Assembly (NCBI GenBank): GCA_951406725.2
Contig: OX597815.1
Span: 207,018,001-207,082,000 of the forward strand
Direction of reading: 5' to 3'
From: Octopus vulgaris
Lineage: Eukaryota
DNA length: 64,000 nt
Translations under genes and position numbers: made by a program
In this document: positions 54,384-64,000 of the stretch, in pieces
How the letters are laid out: each line of letters starts with the position of its first letter
Numbering within the stretch: position 1 is the stretch's first letter
Notes under the pieces: model-generated
Seen by the model: only the letters and a program-made list of their open reading frames with translations
Told to the model about the DNA's origin: nothing
Database searches by the model: none

Positions 54384-55724
54384 GATGATGGAAAAAGAAG
54401 CGATGTTAACTGTATCGATTTGACACTTCACATTATTTACATTGAAGATTAATACAGATGATGGTAGAAAAATCCATTTCATAACTGCAATACAAAACAC
54501 TTATCATTAAACATTGTCTGTATTCGAACTGTGCTGCGGCCGCTGGAGGGAGTTTGGCAGCGGATGTGTTGCAGGTGCGGGAAGTTGAAATAGACCGGGG
54601 AAGGTTGGGGGAGTTCGGGTGGCTCTTGGAGGGTGATCGTGCCGGCCTTGAGTTGGCACTGCCGGAGGGTCTGGCGGCGGGCGTGGTGGAGCGGACGGTG
54701 GTGTGTGGAGCTCTTTCCCTGAAGTAAAAAAAAAATAGAAGTGGAGGCTGTGGAGGAATGCCTGGGAGATGTGAGGAGCCTCACAACATTTTGTAGGAGG
54801 GGGTACGGCACGGTGGAGGTGAGATTCGCGAATGAGTAAGAAGCGATTATCCACTCCACTGTGGCGCTGGGAGCACCAGGGTGGGTGCTTCTGCCCACTT
54901 GCTGTGGAAAACGTGTGACAGGGGTGGGGATCGGCGGGGTGCCTCCTGGGATTGGGGAGGGGTGGCTGGTGGCCGCCGTCCTTTGCAGCATGGAAGAGGA
55001 GGTGGAGTTCTGAGGGTGATGGGGGCTGGGGGTGTGGACTGGAGGTGTCGATTTCTGAAAAGGTTGGAGTATTTCTGAGATGTCTTAAATGTTTAATGAA
55101 CAATTAAAATATTCGACAAACAAAACAGTTTTAATTCTTAAAATATATAACAATAAACAAAAGCAAACACACAAACGATCAACATTTTTAGGATACATTC
55201 TTAAGCTAAAAGTTAATGAAATACTTCGAGTTAATCCTTGATATTCCTCCATTCTCCATTAATAACTTTTTTTTTTATCTTCAGAATAAATTTTTTAGTT
55301 CTCTTTGTTTCTATATCTTAATATTTACAATTATTTTGCTTTTATTTTAATTTTCATAGAACCCAGTTTGTATGATGTTTTTGGAAAGAGTTCAAATAAC
55401 GTGTGGGGAGGAAGAAGACTTAAGAAGGAATAAGGCGAAATATAAAAAGTGAGAAAACCAAAAATGGAAGAGAAAACGGCAAATGATAGGGAGAAAAGTG
55501 AGGGAAGAAATATTTTGTGAAGAAATGTGGCTGAAAGAAAATGTCAATAAAAAAACATTTAAAATAATGTCAGGAGAGGGTGGATAAAGATAAACAAATG
55601 GAGGAAAGAAAATAGATGGGATCTAAGTAAATAAAACAAAATTGTACAGAAAGGAGCTAATCCCACATTTTACCTAGCTACATAGCATCTTGAATACTAC
55701 GAAAACTCTAAGCACACACACACA

Positions 55725-55762
<38 letters not shown>

Positions 55763-55926
55763 CATGCATCAGTTTACCATGTAAATTCAAATTCCTTGCC
55801 AGCTGGCACATGCGCAGGTCAACTGAAGACTTTCGTGGATGGTCATAGCAAGAAGAAATTGTTAGTAAACACGAAAAATGCTAAACTAATAAAATTAGAC
55901 AATAATTTGTTTTATTCTGTGTTTCT

Positions 55927-55992
<66 letters not shown>

Positions 55993-56319
55993 CATACACC
56001 ATATACACACATGTGTTGTGTGTGCGTGTGCAATGTTTACGTTGTGTAGATAAAGTGAAAAGAAATAAAAACATTCAATATTAATTTTCGGCAATCGATG
56101 AAACTTAGTTTAAAGATAAATAGGTGAAACATTTTACAAGAAAGACACTATTAGAACGTATCATAGTAATGAAGTTAGCGAGTGTGATGTTTGTTTTTAA
56201 TCTTAATGAAAATTGAATTATTTTCATTTCTTTGAAATGCAATTCGTGAAGTAATCACATCTGTCTAGACATATTTTAAATGTAGAAGAAAAAAGTTTAT
56301 CTGTATACATACACACATA

Positions 56320-56396
<77 letters not shown>

Positions 56397-56405
56397 ACAT
56401 ATATA

Positions 56406-56488
<83 letters not shown>

Positions 56489-56699
56489 TATATTGATATG
56501 TATATGTATGTATATACATATGTGTGTGTGTTTATATGTATAAACACAAGGAAATATATATGTTCATCTATATGACGGAAGATGAAATAAATACTGAATT
56601 TTAACTTGTCAGTGTTGGAGCACCTCTACTTCAGTTGCTTTACCTGGTAGAACTAGTGATCAAATCTTCAAATCATACCCATTCTTCCATCCCATCTTC

Positions 56700-57130
56700 T
56701 TCGCTCTCTATTCATGGGAGGGAAGTCGAGACAGAGTCTTTAGGTACTCCCTCGTTAAGATCCTATCAGAAGCACCCATCATTACGTTATCCAGCTGCAT
56801 TCCCATGCATGATAAATTGAATCTATGGATACTATCACACCATTTTGTTCTTGGTCTACCCCCCGATTCTTCTGCTCATTGGCTCGGTTTGAACAGTGTC
56901 TTGACATTATTTCATGAAATATCACATGTCCATAGTATAGGAACTGTGACATCTCAATACGGAGATGTAGCGGTCGACCTGCCTAGCTACGTACCCTTTC
57001 GAACAACAGTACCTCAGAGATCTTTCAGACGAACTTCATTTCGGCTCTTTGTATCTACAGTGGTACTCTTTCGATAATTACTCATCATTTATGACCATAG
57101 CTAAGCATAAGAACGAAAAATGAGTGAGTT
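56700..57130 (-). mobile_element. Decayed RTE-clade LINE 3' end
   Basis: LMLSYGHK, AEMKFV*KI, SQFLYYGHVI and GRPRTKWCDSI motifs in order. Confidence 0.75.
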
Positions 57131-57304
57131 TGGCATTTTTTACAACCTTCTATTCTGAGGATTGAAAGCTGGAGCCGGCGCATCACTTTGCCAGCACCTG
57201 CAGTTTTAGCATCTAACGCGGCCCTTAAATCACACACTAACTTTAAAGACACACGCATCGGATAATATAGTTCATGATAACCGATCGTATGCCTGAATAA
57301 ATGG

Positions 57305-57582
57305 GACACAAGAATGAGCGATGAATTCGTGGAAAATATGGAGGAGTATTTCGGAGTAAGAATGGATATGGATGGTCTTCATATTGGGAATGAACATTTA
57401 AGTGACAGTGAAAACCAAAGGACAGGTAAGTGATGCTAACGGATGGGGCCTTTAGCATCGCTTTCATATTATCATTTTTTCATTTAATAATTCATTTTTC
57501 ATAAATTTTAATTATAATGTTCTATGTCCCCATGTCTTGTGGTGTCCCCTCTGTGTCGCCCCTTGTGGGTAATAAAGAATCA
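57305..57582 (+). mobile_element. 5'-truncated retrocopy with an unknown ORF end and the F2a-type tail
   Basis: TSD TGAATAAATGG at 57294-57304 and 57583-57593; tail TGTCCCCTCTGTGTCGCCCCTTGTGGGTAATAAAGAA. Confidence 0.7.
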
Positions 57583-57962
57583 TGAATAAATGGTGCGGTA
57601 GTCGTGGTTGGAAAGCTTATGATCAACATCGACAATATAATTAGCGAGGTGTTATAATTATAATTTTTTGTACCGAATAATATTTTGTACCGTATTCCAT
57701 ATATAACTTTGTTTTAGGTGTTGTTTTTTGTTATGGATTTAAATCTCCGAGGGATGTTGTTTTTAAGTCCTCATTATCATAGATATGTAATGCGTTTGCA
57801 TTTGTGCGTGTGTGAGTGTAGCCACTGCAGACGCAACAGAGACTGACATGATGGCACTTTTATCGTAGCTATTATAATTAACGATTGCAGCGTGGAAGGT
57901 GTTTGTAAGCCATTTAAGAAACACACAAAAGTCGTTCGATTGACTTCAACATTTAAGTTTAA

Positions 57963-58013
57963 TCTGTCAAAATATTTTCGTCGCTATAAGACCGCGACCT
58001 GTTCACTGACAAA
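57963..58013 (-). ncRNA. Hammerhead motif, G3-C8 core variant
   Basis: UUUGUCA-GUGAACA-G-GUCGC-GGUCUUAUA-GCGAC-GAAA-AUAUU-U-UGACAGA; 7-bp helix I, 5-bp helix II, palindromic helix III AAUAUU. Confidence 0.72.
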
Positions 58014-58044
58014 AATCCATGCTGCATCACCGTGCTCACTGATT

Positions 58045-58095
58045 TTTGTCAGTGAAGAGATCGCTGTCTTAAAGCGAAGAAATTGTTTTGACAAA
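58045..58095 (+). ncRNA. Decayed sister copy of the G3 hammerhead motif
   Basis: UUUGUCA-GUGAAGA-GAUCGC..GCGAA-GAAA-UUGUU-U-UGACAAA. Confidence 0.5.
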
Positions 58096-58498
58096 TTAAA
58101 CTTAAATGTTGAAGTGAATCGAACGGCTTTTGTGTGTTTCTTAAATGGCTTACAAACACCTTCCACGCTGCAATTGTTTTCGTTTCAGCACACACGATCT
58201 CAGATCAAATCACTTGCTATGCAAGTACATCTCCGTAATATTATAATTGATATTCTAGAATATATCATTTTAGGGTGTTATAATATAATTAGCGAGGTGA
58301 ATATGTCATATTTTCACCTTTGGTTAAATTCCAATCGAAGACAAAATCTGCAATAGACAAGGAAAGTGTATCTTTCTCAACTTCATACTTTTAAATTTAA
58401 AATACACTACAACTTATTAGCTAATCAGGGTACCTTTTAAAGTTAGAATACGTTTCACTCACGTAAAAATCAGACGCCCTTTTAAAGGCAAATAATAT

Positions 58499-58728
58499 AT
58501 ATTTCTTTATTGCCCACAAGGGGCTAAACATAGAGGGGACAAACAAAGACAGACAAAGGGATTAAGTCGATTACATCGACCCCAGTGCATAACTGGTACT
58601 TTATTTATCGACCCCGAAAGGATGAAAGGCAAAGTCGACCTCGGCGGAATTTGAACTCAGAACGTAACAGCAGGCGAAATACGGCTACGCATTTCGCCCG
58701 GCGTGCTAACGATTCTGCCAGCTCGCCA
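58499..58728 (-). mobile_element. SINE F2a monomer
   Basis: Homology to 3601-3831. Confidence 0.92.
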
Positions 58729-59496
58729 TATTCATATATATGAATTTACCATCAGAGATGTTAAGATTCAACACAGTAATAAATCGCTTTAAAACTAGAT
58801 TTCTTACTCCCATCCATGACTTGGGCATTCTTAACCATTGCTGTCTGTGAAATGAATCAGAATTAGTTCGCAAAGTAAGTCAACAGTGTAGCGTACAATA
58901 TTGTTTATAATAAGGGTTTAAGGCTAGAAATTGTAAAAAGAGGAGTTTTGTCGTTACCATAGACACAAGTACTTGCCTGACATCTAATTTTATTGGCCCC
59001 GGAGGATTTGAAAGATAAAATAGACCTCGATAAGATTTGAAACTGAAAGAAAATAGAGCTATAACTAAATACCGCAAAGTATTTTGTCCGAAGCTCTCAG
59101 GATTCTGTTGATCCATCGCACTAATGTAAGATATATTAAATCAGTAAATGAATCCGATTCCATAGTAGCTTGCTACGAACTTGTTATAACTCTACAACCA
59201 TTTTGGCTTGAGTTTGGTTCATTCAGTTATTTCATGTACAGTTCTTGCAGGGATGATATGTTCTGACTCTTTATCATTAAAGATAGCCCTCAAATACTTG
59301 AGTATCCATAGATTCTGTCCTACTACAATATCCCTGGTGAAGTGACGACACCGTTAGCATTTTTCACGGAGTAAAATTGCTTTATCACCGATTTTCATCT
59401 CAAACATTCGTGCCAGACTATCAGAAAATGATTAATGCTTATTTATCATTTAATATTTGCTGATGACTTTGAAAAGCGTGTATGCGCACATCATTC

Positions 59497-59612
<116 letters not shown>

Positions 59613-60683
59613 TGCGTGGTGGGTAACATATTCAAATGCCGATGATTCTGCATTAAAAATTCATGAAACCTTGTCCGAGGCTTAATTGAAAAAAAAAAAA
59701 TCTCAGAACGAAATAGTGAAAACAGCAAAAATTATTTATACCAAGCGTTATTGGTTTACTATATTACTAAAATTATGATGACGGAGGATTAGTAGAAGCC
59801 GAAGAGAACCGGACTTAATGCCTTAAAATATTTAATAACATCTCTTCATTTCTTGAGTTCAAACTCGAGATATAAATGCTACTTAAGTACTAGTTTTAAT
59901 TAAAACAAATACATTTCTCCCTAGAAATGTATGATCATGTGCCAAAAGTAAAAATATATTATATTCGAGAGGTTGAGATGGAAATCCAGAAACAAAACAC
60001 CGGACAAAATGTGTTGTATTACATTTAGTCACAGCTCTTCCCCGTCAGAAATTCAAGTGCATTCTACTCATTCTTTGGCTTTCATCCCTCGAAACTGATA
60101 AGTATTAATCATTCCCTGGAATAGATTCAACTAAGTATAATTCATCCCGACGATTTCGTTTTAATCCTGTACCAGTTTAAGAAATCAATAAATTGCGAAG
60201 AAAGGTGAATTATATTTAATATTACATTTAGCAAGAATGCAATTTAACAGAAACGTTTGAGATGAAAAGTGTCTGATCTTAAACTTAGTGGTTGATATTT
60301 CTACCTTCTCATTTAAAATAACGTTTTGAGAAGCTAACAACGGAGATTCTACACGTTCGACTCACGATTTAGAAATAGCGGCCAAATAATTTTCTGCTCT
60401 AATGTGTCTTAAAGAGGAACACACTAGATATCACAGTCCTTGTTATATTGTTGTATTATGCACGCAAAATGAAAGAAAATGCGATGCTCTTGACTAGAAT
60501 GTCTTTGATATGGGGCAAAACAATAACAATAATAGCAAATGTTTTTACCATATCGCACGAGAATTTACGAGACGAGCAATTTAAACTGGTTGTGTTGCAT
60601 ATGTGTATATATATGTATAGGTTTGTATATGTAAGTATTCGTATGTTGTATGTATATGTGCATTTATGTCACTTTCTGCGTAT

Positions 60684-60725
60684 ATTCCACTGAAGAGGTA
60701 AAGTCAGAAATCCGGGATCTGGAAT
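60684..60725 (+). ncRNA. Type-I hammerhead motif (C3-G8), weak helix II
   Basis: AUUCCA-CUGAAGA-GGUAAAGUC-A-GAAA-UCCGGGAU-C-UGGAAU; perfect 6-bp helix I, helix III AUCC/GGAU, AUC triplet. Confidence 0.68.
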
Positions 60726-60859
60726 TATCCAGTAATTTTTTGCTTGTTTTATTTTGTCTTTTTGGCTTCTCTCCTTGTGCTGTATGAACATTTAATGTGG
60801 TTTTAGAGTCAGATTTTGGCTGCTATTTTCAGCATGGCGGTATCTCGTAGATACCCTAA

Positions 60860-60928
<69 letters not shown>

Positions 60929-61005
60929 TTGAGTTGTGGGGTATCGCACGAGTGGGATTATATAAGAAAAAAGGTTTGAAAATGCAATTTAAACGATGTT
61001 TATTT

Positions 61006-61046
61006 ACTTAACCGGTTTCACTCTTTGGTAAAAGATTGTCAAAAGT
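61006..61046 (-). ncRNA. Hammerhead motif, U3-A8 core variant (left arm)
   Basis: Exact inverted copy of 63348-63388. Confidence 0.6.
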
Positions 61047-62708
61047 TACATTTAAGGAAACATTGAATAATATGGGTTCAAAAAAAGTTTTTTACATAAT
61101 TGTCACATTGAATATTATGCATTCAAAAAAGTTTTTTACATAATTGTCACATTGGATATTATGGGTTCAAAAAAAGTTTTTTACATAATTGTCACATTGA
61201 ATATTATGCATTCAAAAAAGTTTTTTACATAATTGTCACATTGGATATTATGAATTCAAAAATGTTTTTTTATACATAATTGTCACATTATTTGGGAAAA
61301 TTTGGCAGAAAAGGATAAAACAAATATATTATTGGGAATTGGTTGCGTTAATTATTGGTTGTCGCAAATTGTCACATTACATGTATATATATACAATCTT
61401 TGGTATATATATACAGCGTTTTGACAGCAAAAATTAAAATGGATTTTTTGTACATCTCAGAATATTTTAAGTATGTTTTTACTGACCTGTCAGTATTAGC
61501 AGAAAGGCTGAACTGAGAGAACAGAAGAAGTAGCCAATGTGGTGTATACTTCCCCTTTATGCATGAATGATTTTGGGGTTATCAGGAGGTTAGTATGCGG
61601 GTGTGAATAGATGTGTCCGTGCCTGCTGGTCAGACAGCGTCTGTTTGTCACACACATATATATACACACAAACACACACACACACAACAACACACACACA
61701 CACACACATAGTATACAAACACACACCACATACAAACAACACACACACACACAGAACACACACACCCACACACAACGCACCCACATATATCACATATACA
61801 CACAGCACACAAATATAACATGTATCTATATATAACATACACAGATATATAACACACATACACACACAACACACACACACACACACACACACACAACACA
61901 CGCACACATACATACATAATATAAATATCACACAAATACACCTAGCATATATATACACACATACAATACACACATACAGCATGTAAGTAATATACATACA
62001 CAATATATGCATGCAATATACATACGCAATACATACATATAATATATATATATATAGACAATGCATATACATATATACACATATACATATAAATAGTGTT
62101 TACATACACATACATAGATGTACCACATATACACACAACACACATACATACAATGCATACACATACACGTACGCATACATATAATATATATATACACACA
62201 CACACACATAACATACATACACACACAATGCATACATATATATACACGCAATGCATATACATGTATTCATGCACATATAGCACACCTACAATATACATAT
62301 ATACAGTGCACACATACACACAAATATATACACTTAATTGTACACGTACATATACAATACACATACATACAATATACATATACACAATGCGCATGCAAAT
62401 AATGTACATGTTTATACACACATAAACATGCAAATAAATATACACACACACACATACACACACACACATATATATACACATATATATATATATATATACA
62501 CACATACATACATACATACATACATACATGCACATACATATATTTTTTCACACACATACACACACATATATATATATAAAAAATTCACCACCCCCCACAC
62601 ACAAATTACAAACCTATAGCGTACACACTCAAATATATCTCTACATGCCGCACATACACACAAACAAAGTACTAACATATACACACATACCATGCATATA
62701 CACACACA

Positions 62709-62741
<33 letters not shown>

Positions 62742-63347
62742 AAAACAGATACATATGTAAATACATACACACGTACACAATGCTCACACACACACACACA
62801 CACACACATACACACACACCCGCACACAGTGCACACACACACACACATATATACACACGTGCACACACACACACACATACAACGCGCGCACACACACATA
62901 TACACACACACGCACTGTTCTCTCAGTTCAGCCTTTCTGCTAATACTGACAGGTCAGTAAAAACATACTTAAAATATTCTGAGATGTACAAAAAATCCAT
63001 TTTAATTTTTGCTGTCAAACCGCTGTATATATATACCAAAGATTGTATATATATACATGTAATGTGACAATTTGCGACAACCAATAATTAACGCAACCAA
63101 TTCCCAATAATATATTTGTTTTATCCTTTTCTGCCAAATTTTCCCAAATAATGTGACAATTATGTATAAAAAAACATTTTTGAATTCATAATATCCAATG
63201 TGACAATTATGTAAAAAACTTTTTTTGAATGCATAATATTCAATGTGACAATTATGTAAAAACTTTTTTGAATGCATAATATTCAATGTGACAATTATGT
63301 AAAAAACTTTTTTTGAACCCATATTATTCAATGTTTCCTTAAATGTA

Positions 63348-63388
63348 ACTTTTGACAATCTTTTACCAAAGAGTGAAACCGGTTAAGT
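63348..63388 (+). ncRNA. Hammerhead motif, U3-A8 core variant (right arm)
   Basis: ACUU-UUGACAA-UCUUU-UACC-AAAGA-GU-GAAA-CCGGU-U-AAGU; palindromic helix III ACCGGU; GUU triplet; 2 extra nt before G12. Confidence 0.6.
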
Positions 63389-63425
63389 AAATAAACATCG
63401 TTTAAATTGCATTTTCAAACCTTTT

Positions 63426-63475
<50 letters not shown>

Positions 63476-63753
63476 TTCCTGTTTTTATTCGTTACTGTTT
63501 CCAATTTTATCTTCGTCTCTTGTTTTCCTATTCGTCTCGGTTGTCACATTCTTTCCTTCTACCAAGCAAATCTAATGCCCATAGCTTAGCTTTTCCTTGG
63601 GGCTGGCCTTTTCGGAGCAAATCTCAGAATTAAACAGCCGAAATTTGCCATGATGAATCGGTTTCTGACTGAAGAATGAAGGCTCTGAATTACTGTCCGT
63701 TTTTCCGTGTTTGTCAATTCGTGAATTTCACGTTCTTTATATATAAGTTTTAT

Positions 63754-63787
<34 letters not shown>

Positions 63788-63802
63788 GTGTGTGTGTGTG
63801 TG

Positions 63803-63850
<48 letters not shown>

Positions 63851-63870
63851 GATAAACACACACGCGCACA

Positions 63871-63911
<41 letters not shown>

Positions 63912-64000
63912 TATGTATATAAATATATACGTATGTATAACAAATAAAAATTGGTGGTTTATTAGCAATTAGAATCTAAAGGCAAAATTATTGGATGTCA

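Larger units (their letters stand above)
57880..58238. mobile_element. Foldback element: inverted arms of about 138 bp, each carrying a hammerhead motif (Penelope inverted-pLTR-like)
   Basis: 57880-58017 is complementary to about 58041-58177; direct repeat TATTATAATT at 57870-57879 and 58239-58248. Confidence 0.85.
60965..63429. repeat. Long inverted repeat: arms 60965-61524 and 62915-63429 around a mostly CA-rich spacer of about 1.4 kb
   Basis: Arms nearly identical except for 5 versus 4 copies of a minisatellite of about 44-45 bp (TTGAATATTATGCATTCAAAAAAGTTTTTTACATAATTGTCACA). Confidence 0.95.

Noticed and set aside
57892-58356. Mirror-image ORFs on both strands (MEGVCKPFKKHTK..)
   Set aside because: A by-product of the DNA palindrome.
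61063-61290. Repeats of about 45 bp as a CRISPR-like array
   Set aside because: Head-to-tail minisatellite with no unique spacers, in eukaryotic DNA.

Overview
Eukaryotic, AT-rich, repeat-dominated window with no host gene exon that I can support. The SINE repertoire and microsatellite load point to an octopus (cephalopod) intergenic or intronic region; this is an inference. Almost all listed ORFs are microsatellite or SINE artefacts. Content: a decayed Penelope-like retroelement (RT thumb plus GIY-YIG, 1-1380); four tRNA-derived SINE head types with swappable tails; decayed Tc1/mariner (one DD37D/maT), hAT, RTE and CR1/jockey-type remnants; two non-autonomous Helitrons; three Merlin-like MITEs carrying TTAGGG repeats; and long (TA)n, (CA)n, (TTA)n, (CATA)n and (CTAT)n tracts. 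Three signals stand out. (1) Ten small type-I hammerhead ribozyme motifs, mostly on short islands inside or next to (TA)n tracts, most with a palindromic or near-palindromic helix III, showing helix-I covariation and three different Watson-Crick combinations at the core 3-8 tertiary pair (C3-G8, G3-C8, U3-A8); the two variant types sit in inverted-repeat (foldback) elements. (2) An apparently ORF1-only (zinc-knuckle, no RT) non-LTR element in two TSD-flanked copies, whose 3' tail is shared with the commonest SINE and with a third coding fragment. (3) SINE multimers joined six times at the same nucleotide, where the SINE 3' end is complementary to its own head.
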